From contig CP070803.1 of NCBI GenBank assembly GCA_020343615.1, positions 855,273 to 919,272 of the forward strand: a stretch of 64,000 nucleotides of DNA, read 5' to 3'. Shown in pieces: positions 17,316 through 30,702 of this stretch. Below the pieces are notes generated by a model that did no database searches, was not told the origin of the DNA, and saw nothing but the letters and a program-made list of their open reading frames with translations. Source of the DNA: Candidatus Woesearchaeota archaeon (GTDB lineage: Archaea; Nanobdellota; Nanobdellia; UBA10117; GCA-020343615). The position numbers and the translations under genes were made by a program. Positions within the stretch are counted from its first letter, which is position 1; every line of letters begins with the position of its first letter.

Positions 17316-18245
17316 CTAAGAATGAATTTGGCCTAAGGCTTCTTTAAATTCTGAGCGGTAAGGCTTAAAAGGACCTCCTAATATCTCCTCAAGATGTGGA
17401 AACTGGCTGTGTATTTCCAGTTGTGGCCAAGAAGGATCATATCCTGATAATTTATGACCTATTTTTATATTCTTAATAAGATCCTTTACTTTAGCTAATG
17501 GTAGTTTTGTTATCTCAGACATTTCCTTAGGACTCTTTTCATGCCACATATACATGTAATATAAATCATCCAACTGTCTAATTGTAGCACCATAGATTTT
17601 TTCATCTGTACTGTCTCCTACAAATCCGCTATGAGGTGCTTTTTTGATTATTTTATCAGGTACTCCTAAGTGTTTTGCAACATCAAATAAAACAGATTTG
17701 AACATTGCACCTGTTGGATAGATAGTGGCAAATCCTGTACCCTGAACAAAACCATAAGCCCATTCAGTATAATTATCTGTACCTGCAGTAATATATTCAA
17801 TTTGGTCAGCATAGTAATTTTGTATTATACATCTAGCTCTTTGTACTAAGAACCCATCAGCTTTCTTTTTAAGTACGCTATTTTCACGCCCAAAACTAAA
17901 TTTATCTATATACTGACTTACTTCGTTACTAATATCTATTAAACTATAACCAACTCCCGCAGTTCTAGCAGTTAGTAATCCGTCTTCAGTCTCTGATTCT
18001 AGAGTAATTAGTGAGTCTTCATCGGACGGGTCTTCATCAGACCAAATATGACAAGGCATTAATAGAGCATAAACCTTTTTAGGACCTAAAGCATCTTTAC
18101 ATAGATACAGAGTAGTAGCAGAGTCGATACCGCCACTCAGAGAAACAATAATTCCTTTTGCTCCAAGTTCTTCAGTTCTAGTTCTGATGAAGTCAACACA
18201 TTCATTCGTTATTTCTTTAATATTTTGACTTGGTAAATTTTCCAT
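17316..18245 (-). CDS. nadE: NAD+ synthetase (PP-loop ATP pyrophosphatase, divergent)
   Basis: SLSGGIDSATT PP-loop, QRAR, GTDNYTEWAYGF and K.PHSGF..DSTDE blocks matching the NadE layout. Confidence 0.7.
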   Translation of the reverse strand: MENLPSQNIKEITNECVDFIRTRTEELGAKGIIVSLSGGIDSATTLYLCKDALGPKKVYALLMPCHIWSDEDPSDEDSLITLESETEDGLLTARTAGVGYSLIDISNEVSQYIDKFSFGRENSVLKKKADGFLVQRARCIIQNYYADQIEYITAGTDNYTEWAYGFVQGTGFATIYPTGAMFKSVLFDVAKHLGVPDKIIKKAPHSGFVGDSTDEKIYGATIRQLDDLYYMYMWHEKSPKEMSEITKLPLAKVKDLIKNIKIGHKLSGYDPSWPQLEIHSQFPHLEEILGGPFKPYRSEFKEALGQIHS

Positions 18246-18615
18246 GATTTAATGATACAAATCTTATTCTATCTTTATACATTATTGCTCCGTAATCACC
18301 CTTAGTAAATATACCTATATCTTCACCTTCATTTAACTGTTTTAATGTGTATTCTTCTTTAGATACTAATAAATAACGGTCATCTTTTATTGCAGCTTGT
18401 ACTTCAGACGTATTGTCACAACTTAGTCCTTTGTGAATATTTGTAGCATCTATTAGTTCCATACCGTCAGCTGTGAATCTATCCTTCCGGTGCTCTCCTC
18501 CTATATGACATATTACATCTAGGGTTTTATACTTGCTAAGATCCACGTCAACTTTTTTGAATATTCTCACCAATAAACCATTCTCAGTTATATCAAACTC
18601 TTTCATATTTATCAC
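18217..18615 (-). CDS. hypothetical protein
   Basis: 132 aa ORF overlapping the nadE start by 29 nt. No recognisable motif. Confidence 0.35.
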   Translation of the reverse strand: MINMKEFDITENGLLVRIFKKVDVDLSKYKTLDVICHIGGEHRKDRFTADGMELIDATNIHKGLSCDNTSEVQAAIKDDRYLLVSKEEYTLKQLNEGEDIGIFTKGDYGAIMYKDRIRFVSLNHGKFTKSKY

Positions 18616-18758
18616 CAGTCTAAATGAACAGTGTAAAAATTAATAAATATTTTGAATATTTATTGAGTGAGGCTTAAATCTTAGAAAAGTTTTTTAAACC
18701 CATAAATTACGTATTCTCTTTACCCGAAATTATCGAAAAAGTTATAAAGGGAGGAAAT

Positions 18759-18832
18759 GCCTTGGTAGTGTAGTTGGTTTATCATATGAGCCTGTCGAGC
18801 TCATGACCCGGGTTCAAATCCCGGCCAAGGCG
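18759..18832 (+). tRNA. tRNA-Asp (anticodon GUC)
   Basis: GCCTTGG/CCAAGGC acceptor, TGAGC-CTGTCGA-GCTCA anticodon arm, CCGGG-TTCAAAT-CCCGG T arm, G73. Confidence 0.9.
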
Positions 18833-18844
18833 CTTTTGATTAAA

Positions 18845-19087
18845 ATGGGTAAGGGTTTAGATTTGCAAAAACATGACTTAGTTCCTCTTCACAAAAAATT
18901 AACACCTGAAGAAGCGAAAAATTTTTTAAAAGAATACAATGTTTCTCCTCAACAACTTCCAAAACTTTTTTCAGGTGATCCCATAGCTAAACAAATGGGC
19001 TTTAAGGCTGGCGACATAGTGAAGATTGAAAGAGAAAGCAAAACTGGAAAAAATGTCTATTATAGACTTGTAATTAATCATGCGTAA
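18845..19087 (+). CDS. rpoH: DNA-directed RNA polymerase subunit H (Rpo5)
   Basis: MGKGLDLQKHDLVPLHKKLTPEEAKNFLKEYNV...GD.VKI.R.S.T......YR.V pattern. The track ORF start inside tRNA-Asp is rejected. Confidence 0.85.
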   Translation: MGKGLDLQKHDLVPLHKKLTPEEAKNFLKEYNVSPQQLPKLFSGDPIAKQMGFKAGDIVKIERESKTGKNVYYRLVINHA

Positions 19088-20573
19088 AGGGAAAATATTA
19101 TTGGATGACTATTTCAAGAGAAATAGTTTAGTCGAAGCTGATATAAATTCTTTTAATGAATTTGTAGACTGGAGATTGCAAAAATTAGTTGATGAGTTAG
19201 GCTCCCCAACTCCAGCAGTAGTTCCTGCAGAAACTGAAGAAGTTAAAATTGAATTCGGAAAAATCCGAATTGGTAAACCTTCGGTAATCGAAGCTGATGG
19301 TGTAAGAAGATTGATACTTCCTTCTGAAGCAAGATTGAGAAAATTGACATATGCTGCCCCACTATACTTAGAGATAGGTTTAGTTATAGATGGAATAGAA
19401 AGGGAAAGAAGAGAAGTAAGAATCGGAGAAGCACCAGTTATGATAAAGTCTAAGATCTGTCCTCTAAGCAAAATGAGCAGAGAGGAGCTTATTGATGTGG
19501 GAGAAGATCCTTATGATACTGGCGGATACTTTATAATTAATGGAACTGAAAGAGTAATAATTTTCCTAGAAGACTTAGCACCTAATACTTTATTCGTAGA
19601 AAAGAGCATGGGTGCTTCTACACATTCAGCAAAGATTTTTTCAGAAAGAGGGTTATACAGAATTCCTCATACTGTAGAAATTAAAAAAGATGGAATGATA
19701 CTCGTGTCCTTTACATCTCTACACAAGGTACCTATTTTTGTATTGATGAGGGCATTAGGTCTTAAAAGCGATGCAGATATAATCAAAGCGATCAATTCAG
19801 ATCACGGTGAAGAAGAAATATTCTTGAACTTATATGAATTCTTAGAGATAAAAAACGAAAATGATGCTAAACAATTTATTGCAAGAACTATGGGTCTTGG
19901 TTCCCAACCAGATGAAAGAAAAATAGAGAGGATTAATTATCTAATAGACAGCTTCCTATTCCCGCATATTGGAGGCAGTGAAAAGGATAGGATAAAGAAA
20001 GCTTACTTCTTGGGAAACATGGTTCGTAAGTTGCTCTTGCTGAAGCATGGCGAAATCGAAGAAGATGATAAAGACCATTATATGAACAAAAGAATAAGAT
20101 TATCCGGTGACTTGCTTGAGGATCTTTACAGAAAAAGTCTAAAAAGTTTTGTTAAGGATATGCTTTATGTTTTCCAAAGAGGAGTTAGAAGAGGGAAGAT
20201 ATTACCTATAAGTTCTATTGCTACAACTCGCGTAGTCACTTCTAGAATAAGGAGAAGCATGGCTACTGGAAGCTGGTCTTCTGGTAGAGAAGGTATTAGT
20301 CAGAGACTAGACAGAGAAAATGCTCTTTCATCTCTATCACACTTAGGAAGAATCGTATCTCCTCTGCCTGCTTCTCAGGAGAATTTTAAGGCGAGAGAAT
20401 TACATCCTACTCATTGGGGAAGATTGTGCCCAGTAGAATCTCCAGAAGGAAAAAATATTGGCTTAAGAAAAAATATATCTTTAATTGCGGGAAACACACC
20501 TGAAATAAAGGAAGAAGAACTAAAAAAGAATCTAAAAGTTATAAAAGAACTTGGACTTGAGGAAATTGGTTAA
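19080..20573 (+). CDS. rpoB2: DNA-directed RNA polymerase subunit B'' (Rpo2N)
   Basis: 497 aa. N-terminal half of the B/Rpb2 homolog (..GYFIINGTERVI.., ..HP.HWGR.CP.E.PEG.NIGL.KN..). Confidence 0.9.
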   Translation: MRKGKILLDDYFKRNSLVEADINSFNEFVDWRLQKLVDELGSPTPAVVPAETEEVKIEFGKIRIGKPSVIEADGVRRLILPSEARLRKLTYAAPLYLEIGLVIDGIERERREVRIGEAPVMIKSKICPLSKMSREELIDVGEDPYDTGGYFIINGTERVIIFLEDLAPNTLFVEKSMGASTHSAKIFSERGLYRIPHTVEIKKDGMILVSFTSLHKVPIFVLMRALGLKSDADIIKAINSDHGEEEIFLNLYEFLEIKNENDAKQFIARTMGLGSQPDERKIERINYLIDSFLFPHIGGSEKDRIKKAYFLGNMVRKLLLLKHGEIEEDDKDHYMNKRIRLSGDLLEDLYRKSLKSFVKDMLYVFQRGVRRGKILPISSIATTRVVTSRIRRSMATGSWSSGREGISQRLDRENALSSLSHLGRIVSPLPASQENFKARELHPTHWGRLCPVESPEGKNIGLRKNISLIAGNTPEIKEEELKKNLKVIKELGLEEIG

Positions 20574-20574
20574 A

Positions 20575-22374
20575 ATGACTGATGTATTCTTAAACGGGAC
20601 ATTAATAGGAACCGTGAAGAACGGTGAGGAATTTGCTAGAAATTTAAAAGAAAAAAGAAGAGATGGTAGTTTATCAAAATACCTCAACGTACATGTAGAT
20701 GAAGCTCTAAATACTGTTAATATATTTCTAGATAAAAATAGAGTAATAAGGCCTTTAATAAGAGTAGAGAACGGAAAGTCTCTATTAACTGAAGAGCATC
20801 TCGAACAAGTAGAAAGAGAAGAACTAACGTGGGAAGACTTAGTGAATCAAAATATTGTAGAATACCTTGATCCTTCTGAAGAAGAAAATGCGTATATTGC
20901 TCTTGATGAAAAAGATTTGAGTAAAGAACATACTCATTTGGAAATAGACCCTGTTGGTATTTTTTCAATATGTACTTCTCTAGTTCCTTATGCCAACTTT
21001 AACATGAGTTCAAGATTAAATAGAGGTCAAAAAACTCAAAAACAGGCTATGGGAGTTTATGCTCTTAACTTCTTAACCAGACTTGATACTAGTGTAAATA
21101 TTTTACACTATCCTCAGAGACCTCTTGTTAGAAGTTATACTGAAAAATTACTAGGAGAAGGTAAGTTAGCTGGCCAGAATATAGTCATAGCAGTAACAAA
21201 TTATGAGGGATACAACATGTCAGATGCCATTGTCCTCAATAAATCATCTATAGAAAGAGGTTTTGGATTATCTACTTATTATAGACCATATGAAGCTACT
21301 AAGTCTAAATACCCTGGAGGTCAGACTGATAGAATATGCATTCCTGACAAAGAAGTTAGAGGTTATGGTATAGAAGAAGAATATCGTTACCTTGAAGAAG
21401 ATGGAATAATCTATCCTGAAGTTGCAGTTAAAGATGAAGAAGTATTAGTAGGTAGAACTTCTCCACCTAGATTCTTAGGAAAACTAAGAACCTTTGGTAA
21501 TGCTACTTCAACAACAAATGATACTTCTGTAAGAATAAGAAGTGGTGAAGATGGAATCGTTTCTAAAGTAATCGTAACTGAAAATGAAGAGGGAGATAGA
21601 ATAATAACTGTTAAAATAAGGGATACGAGAAAGCCTGAAATTGGAGACAAGTTCGCATCAAGACACGGACAGAAAGGAGTCGTAGGAAGAATTGTGTCTA
21701 GAGAAGACTTACCTTTCACTGCTTCTGGAATTGTTCCTGATGTTGTTTTCTCACCTAATAGTCTTCCTAAAAGAATGACTTTAGGACACATTATTGAAAT
21801 ACTTGCTGTCAAGGTAGGAGCATTAAATGGAAGGTAAATTAATGGTACTAGTTTTGATTCTGAAAATGTTGATGACTTAAGAAACGAATTGCTTTCTCTA
21901 GGTTTTAGGGAAGATGGAAGCGAGACTATGTACGATGGAAGGACTGGTGAAGAATTTGAAGCAAGAATTTTCATAGGTAACATGTACTATTTAAGATTAA
22001 AACACCAGGTTAGTGATAAAATACAAGCTAGATCAAGAGGTCCTGTTCAATTATTAACAAGACAGCCAACAGCTGGAAAGGCTAAACAGGGTGGTCTAAG
22101 ATTCGGAGAGATGGAAAAAGAAGCGTTAATTGCTCATGGTTCATCTATGTTGATGAAGGAGCGGTTCAGTTCTGATAGAGCCGAATTTTATGTATGCAAT
22201 AAATGCAAGAATTTAGCTATATTTGATGAATTTGATAACAGAGCTAAATGCGATATTTGTGGAGAGAAGACGAATATATCTAAGATAGAGCTAGCTTATG
22301 CTTTTAAGCTCTTACTAGATGAATTGAAAAGCTGTGGGATAAACCCAAAGTTAATATTAAAGGATAAATTCTAA
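20575..22374 (+). CDS. rpoB1: DNA-directed RNA polymerase subunit B' (Rpo2C), frame interrupted by one in-frame TAA at 21835-21837
   Basis: Track ORFs 20551..21837 and 21889..22374 share a frame. Conserved blocks (GDKFASRHGQKG, ARSRGPVQLLTRQP, GGLRFGEME, C-terminal Zn ribbon) run straight across the stop. Confidence 0.85.
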
Positions 22375-22375
22375 A

Positions 22376-26276
<3,901 letters not shown>

Positions 26277-26280
<4 letters not shown>

Positions 26281-26717
26281 TACAAATAAAATATGATGTA
26301 TCAATGATAAAGTATTTCTCCTTATTTGAGAGTGTTACTCATGTACCTGCTAAGGACTGTTTCCCTGTAAACGAGACTATTATTTTCTTCGTTAATTCGG
26401 GTAAAGCAAAAATCGCAGTAGGTAAACAAGGAATGAACATCAAGAAATTAAGCTCAATGATCAATAAAGATGTAAGGGTTGTCGAATTCTCTAAAGATAT
26501 TGTTGGTTTAGTCAGAAATGTCGTATTCCCTCTTAAACCGAAAAGTGTTGAAATAGTTAATAATGAGGATAAAAACAGAATAATTAATATTGAGTTTAAA
26601 TCGCCAAAGGAAAGAAGAGTTTTATTGGATAATAATCAAAAAAAATTAAAGTTGTTAAAAGATGTAGTAAATAGGTATCACAAAGATATAAATGACATCA
26701 GGATCCTCCAAATCTAA
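26277..26717 (+). CDS. nusA: archaeal NusA-like termination factor (two KH domains)
   Basis: 146 aa with GKQGMNIKKL KH GxxG motif. Conserved position after L30e. Confidence 0.7.
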
Positions 26718-26766
26718 ATAGAAAGCTTTAAAATAGGAAATTACTACTTATTAAGAGGTGATTATA

Positions 26767-27192
26767 ATGGAAAATAAGGAAAAAGAGCAGAATTTAGAAG
26801 AAAAACCAAAAGAGTTAGAAGAAAATATCGCAGAAGAAGCTTGCGAGGAAGAAGAAGATGATGATACTCTCCCTTTCCCTAATGCTCGTGTAGTTAAAAT
26901 AATGAGAAAAACCATAGGTACAGATAAACAAATACGTAGTTCTGTAAAAAAAGAGATGAACCTATGGTTGGGTGACCTGTTAAAGAGAATATCAAAAGAA
27001 ATGGGTAATACCCAGTATGGTTCTGTAAGCCTAGCAGATTTCAAAAGAGCTACAAAGCCATATGACCAGATTGAAGATATCCTCAAGGATGAGGAAAGAC
27101 TATTATTATCTCTTGAAAAAATAAGAATGGACTCTGATCATGTAATCAGGGAGATGCAACGTTTTTTCGAGAGTTTAAAAAATAATGAATAG
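26767..27192 (+). CDS. histone-fold protein with acidic N-terminal tail and C-terminal extension
   Basis: LPFPNARVVKIMRK...IRSSVKKEMNLWLGDLLKRISKEM......VSLADFKRA matches the histone fold (alpha1-L1-alpha2-L2-alpha3). ATG at 26767 follows AGAGGTGA. The 3' end overlaps the polB start by 8 nt. Confidence 0.6.
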   Translation: MENKEKEQNLEEKPKELEENIAEEACEEEEDDDTLPFPNARVVKIMRKTIGTDKQIRSSVKKEMNLWLGDLLKRISKEMGNTQYGSVSLADFKRATKPYDQIEDILKDEERLLLSLEKIRMDSDHVIREMQRFFESLKNNE

Positions 27193-29635
27193 TCAGGAAA
27201 TAAAATTTTTCCCTCTAGATATAAGTTATCAAATTTCTGAAGAAGGAGGAGTTGAGATAAGTATCTTCGGAATAACCTTAGATAGAAAAAAGATTAGGAT
27301 TTTCGACTCTTTTCTTCCATATTTTTGTGCTATAGTTGATAAAAAAGCAGATGCTGAAAAATTAATCCAAAAAATAAGGGAAACTGAATTAGTTGTTGAT
27401 GTAAAATTAGAAAGCAAGAAGTATATACAGGACAACGTAAAGGCGATTAAGATATTTGCGAAAAATCCTTCTGATCTTAGACAAATAAGAGAAAAATTGA
27501 GAAATTTTGAGGGGATATCTGAAATAGCAGAAGGGGATATCTCGTTAAGGAAGAAGTATCTGATAGATAACAACATAACCCCTTATACCCTATGTGGGGT
27601 AGAAGGTAGAATAGAAAGAAGAGGCTTTGGAGATATAGATCTAACAGTTATTGCAGAAAAAATTACGCGGATTAGTTCTGACTTGATAGGGAATCCAAGA
27701 GTTCTTGCCTTTGATATTGAAACACTCTGCATGGGATCTGCCCCAAACGCAAAAGAAGATCCTGTGATTATGTGCTCTTTCTACGGTTCTAATAATTTTA
27801 AGAGAGTTATAACTTGGAAACCAATAAGAAACGCTCCTGAATATATGAGATTCGTAGGTGGAGAACAGGAACTAATAAATGAAATAATAAGAACTATAAG
27901 GGAATTCGACCCGGAGATACTAGTAGGTTATGGCTCTGACTTTTTTGACTTTCCGTACATCATTAATCGTACCAAGAAATACAAGATGCCTCTAAACATT
28001 GGCTGGGACGGTTCTGAACCCATGACTAGGTTAAGATTAGGGAGAGGAACAACTAAATTAAAGGGAATAGTTCACTTGGATATATCTCAATTTATAAGAA
28101 ATGTGCTAAGCCCTAACTTAGAATCTGAGAGGCTCGATTTAAATAGAGTGGGCAAGGAACTTGTAGGTATAGGTAAGTCCTTAGATCTTAAAGATACAAG
28201 TATAAATGTCCTTTGGGATGGCACTAATGAAGATTTACTTAAATTAGTAGAATATAATTTAAGAGACTCTGAAATAGTTTTTAAGATAGTTGAAAAAGTA
28301 CTTCCTACACAATTCCAATTAGCAAAGATAATTAATCTACCTTTGTTTGATGTAAATCGTATGACTTATAGTCAATTAGTAGAGCAATTCTTACTAAAAA
28401 ATGCTCCAGATTTTAACCAGGTTATTCCTAGAAGACCACTGTATTCTGAAATAAAAAAACGAAGACAGCAGACTTATGTTGGTGGTTTTGTATTTGAACC
28501 TGAGGCTAATCTTTATGAAAACATAGGAAGTTTTGACTATAGATCTCTATACCCTTCATTAATATCTGCTTACAATATCGGACCAACTACTCTTAATTGT
28601 GATTGTTGTGGTCCTTCATCTGAAAAGGTGGAGGTTGATGGTGAAGAATATTGGTTTTGTGGCAAGGAAGATGGATTCTTGTCTATATTAATACGGGATT
28701 TAGTAGATAGAAGAAAGAGAATAAAGCAAATACTGAAGGACACTAAAAAAACTGATTCAAGTTATCAAGAATTAAACGCCCTATCCTATGCTCTAAAGAC
28801 TTTAGCTAATGCTACTTACGGTTATTTAGGCTTTGCAGGAGCTAGATGGTATTGCTTAGAATGTGCAAGAGCAATTACTGCCCTAGGAAGAAAGTATATT
28901 GATCAAGTAATAAAAACTGCGCATAAATTGGGCTTTGAACCTATTTATGCAGATACTGATGGTGCTTTTATTCTCTTAAAAAATAAAGAAGGTCAAGTTG
29001 ATAAGTTTCTAAAAAAGATTAATTCTACGTTGCCCGATCCTATGGAATTGGAATATCACGGTAAGTATAAAAGAGGTTTATTCTTGGGTAAAAAATCCGG
29101 GGCTGGTGGTGCAAAAAAAAGATACGCATTGCTCTCAGATGACGGAGATATTATCCTAAAAGGAATAGAAGCGATTAGAGGAGATTGGTCTCCAATAGCA
29201 AAAAAAACGCAAAGAGAGGTTGTTGAAATTATATTAAAAGAAAAATCAGTAGATAAGGCTGCAGAATACGTAAAGAATCTGATAGATAAGCTGAAAAGTA
29301 GAGACGTTCAGGTATATGACCTTGCAATTGAGGCTACTTTAACGAGAGACCTTAGAAACTATGAGTTCAAAGGTCCGCATGTAGCTGCAGCAGAAATCGC
29401 TAAAAGAAAGGGCTATTTTGTAAGACGGGGTTTCATCGTATCGTATATTGTTTGTAGTGGTTCTGGTAAGATAAGTGAGAGGGTAAAATTAACAGAGGAT
29501 GCTAGAGTCCAAGATTATGATATAAACTATTACATAAATCATCAAATTATAAGGTCTGTTTACAAGATATTTGAATTATTTAATTATCCAATAGAAAAAC
29601 TAAAATCAGGCCAGTCCGAGCTTACTAACTGGTAA
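27185..29635 (+). CDS. polB: family B DNA polymerase
   Basis: 816 aa with Exo I FDIET, Exo II/III blocks, motif A DYRSLYPS, motif B K.LANATYGY and motif C YADTDG. Confidence 0.9.
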   Translation: MNSQEIKFFPLDISYQISEEGGVEISIFGITLDRKKIRIFDSFLPYFCAIVDKKADAEKLIQKIRETELVVDVKLESKKYIQDNVKAIKIFAKNPSDLRQIREKLRNFEGISEIAEGDISLRKKYLIDNNITPYTLCGVEGRIERRGFGDIDLTVIAEKITRISSDLIGNPRVLAFDIETLCMGSAPNAKEDPVIMCSFYGSNNFKRVITWKPIRNAPEYMRFVGGEQELINEIIRTIREFDPEILVGYGSDFFDFPYIINRTKKYKMPLNIGWDGSEPMTRLRLGRGTTKLKGIVHLDISQFIRNVLSPNLESERLDLNRVGKELVGIGKSLDLKDTSINVLWDGTNEDLLKLVEYNLRDSEIVFKIVEKVLPTQFQLAKIINLPLFDVNRMTYSQLVEQFLLKNAPDFNQVIPRRPLYSEIKKRRQQTYVGGFVFEPEANLYENIGSFDYRSLYPSLISAYNIGPTTLNCDCCGPSSEKVEVDGEEYWFCGKEDGFLSILIRDLVDRRKRIKQILKDTKKTDSSYQELNALSYALKTLANATYGYLGFAGARWYCLECARAITALGRKYIDQVIKTAHKLGFEPIYADTDGAFILLKNKEGQVDKFLKKINSTLPDPMELEYHGKYKRGLFLGKKSGAGGAKKRYALLSDDGDIILKGIEAIRGDWSPIAKKTQREVVEIILKEKSVDKAAEYVKNLIDKLKSRDVQVYDLAIEATLTRDLRNYEFKGPHVAAAEIAKRKGYFVRRGFIVSYIVCSGSGKISERVKLTEDARVQDYDINYYINHQIIRSVYKIFELFNYPIEKLKSGQSELTNW

Positions 29636-29981
29636 TTTCTGATACTTTTCTTAAAGCTTGTAAGGTTTCACCTACTAAATAAGCTTCTTTGCCATTTTTC
29701 CAGATCACGTATCTCTTTGTTTTTAATTCTCTACTACCTGTTATGCTTGCGGCAATGGAGGGTAGTGCGATACCTTTTTCGATTAACTCTATGTTTTTCT
29801 TAATTGACTCGCTTATTATCGAGTTAACCTCATGATAAGAATTATCAGATGCTCTAAAAGAGAGAACAAAATTACTAGGTGATTTTATAAATTTAGTTAA
29901 TTTTTTAGTAGGGTTGTCTATCTCGGCGATATTTTCTATTCTATAAACCCCTTTATTTATTTCTTTTATAGCGATTATCAT
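29625..29981 (-). CDS. hypothetical protein
   Basis: I prefer the ATG at 29981 (MIIAIKEINKG..), which is preceded by GAGGT and a TTTATAAAATATA box. No recognisable motif. Confidence 0.35.
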   Translation of the reverse strand: MIIAIKEINKGVYRIENIAEIDNPTKKLTKFIKSPSNFVLSFRASDNSYHEVNSIISESIKKNIELIEKGIALPSIAASITGSRELKTKRYVIWKNGKEAYLVGETLQALRKVSEITS

Positions 29982-30084
29982 AGTGTTACCTCTAAGTGGT
30001 GTATATTTTATAAATCTTTCTACTGCGTAAGCTTTGCATAATAAATGCATCCTGCATATTTATTTATACATCTTGCATATTAAT

Positions 30085-30109
30085 TAAGAAGAAATAAGCT
30101 CTGGTTTTA
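30085..30109 (+). repeat. 25-nt repeat family, copy 3 (orphan, not behind a gene end)
   Basis: TAAGAAGAAATAAGCTCTGGTTTTA. 30082-30109 is identical to 11787-11814. Lies between divergent gene starts. Confidence 0.8.
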
Positions 30110-30121
30110 GTAAAAGAAAGG

Positions 30122-30131
30122 TTTATAAATA
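30122..30131 (+). promoter_or_regulatory. TATA-box candidate for the 30170 gene
   Basis: TTTATAAATA about 40 nt upstream of the ATG. Confidence 0.3.
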
Positions 30132-30169
30132 GAATTTTATCACGATATAGTGTTTATAGCAAATAAAAA

Positions 30170-30700
30170 ATGGTAGATAAGTATGTAGCTAGTAAAGAAG
30201 GAAAAGACCATAATACCACTATTAGCAACTTTAGCAACTTAGCTACGAATTTATCTGATAGAAGACATCAAAGTCTTGAAAGGAAAGTGAATGATTTCTA
30301 TGGAGATGTTTTAGGAGTAGCTATGGGTGTTTTATTGAGCTCAACCAATGCCAAAAAAGAAGTAGCGGATTATTTAAAAACTGTCATAAACGGAGTTAAA
30401 AACAGTTACGATGCTATAGAAAAAAGTGATTTACAAACCGCTCGTCAAGAATTTGAGAAAACAGGTAAAGAAATTTTTAAGATTGCGGATGTTCTCGATA
30501 AAGCTGATTCAGGAAGTCGAAAAATACGAAACATCGTATACAATAATTATTTTATTTTACTAATAGATGATCAGAGTAAGCATCAATTTGATTCAATAAA
30601 TCAAATAGACATGTCAAAAATTAATAAAGAGCAAGTAATCGGTGAAGGTGGTATAATTGATACTTATGAAAACTATATTTTACCTAAGCTAAATAATTAA
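30170..30700 (+). CDS. hypothetical helical protein
   Basis: 176 aa ORF. No recognisable motif. Confidence 0.3.
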   Translation: MVDKYVASKEGKDHNTTISNFSNLATNLSDRRHQSLERKVNDFYGDVLGVAMGVLLSSTNAKKEVADYLKTVINGVKNSYDAIEKSDLQTARQEFEKTGKEIFKIADVLDKADSGSRKIRNIVYNNYFILLIDDQSKHQFDSINQIDMSKINKEQVIGEGGIIDTYENYILPKLNN

Positions 30701-30702
30701 TT

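Noticed and set aside
18642-18664. A perfect 10-bp palindrome, AATAAATATT-TTG-AATATTTATT, in the spacer upstream of tRNA-Asp.
   Set aside because: It is composed only of A and T in an AT-rich promoter region. Such palindromes arise easily by chance and I have no supporting context.
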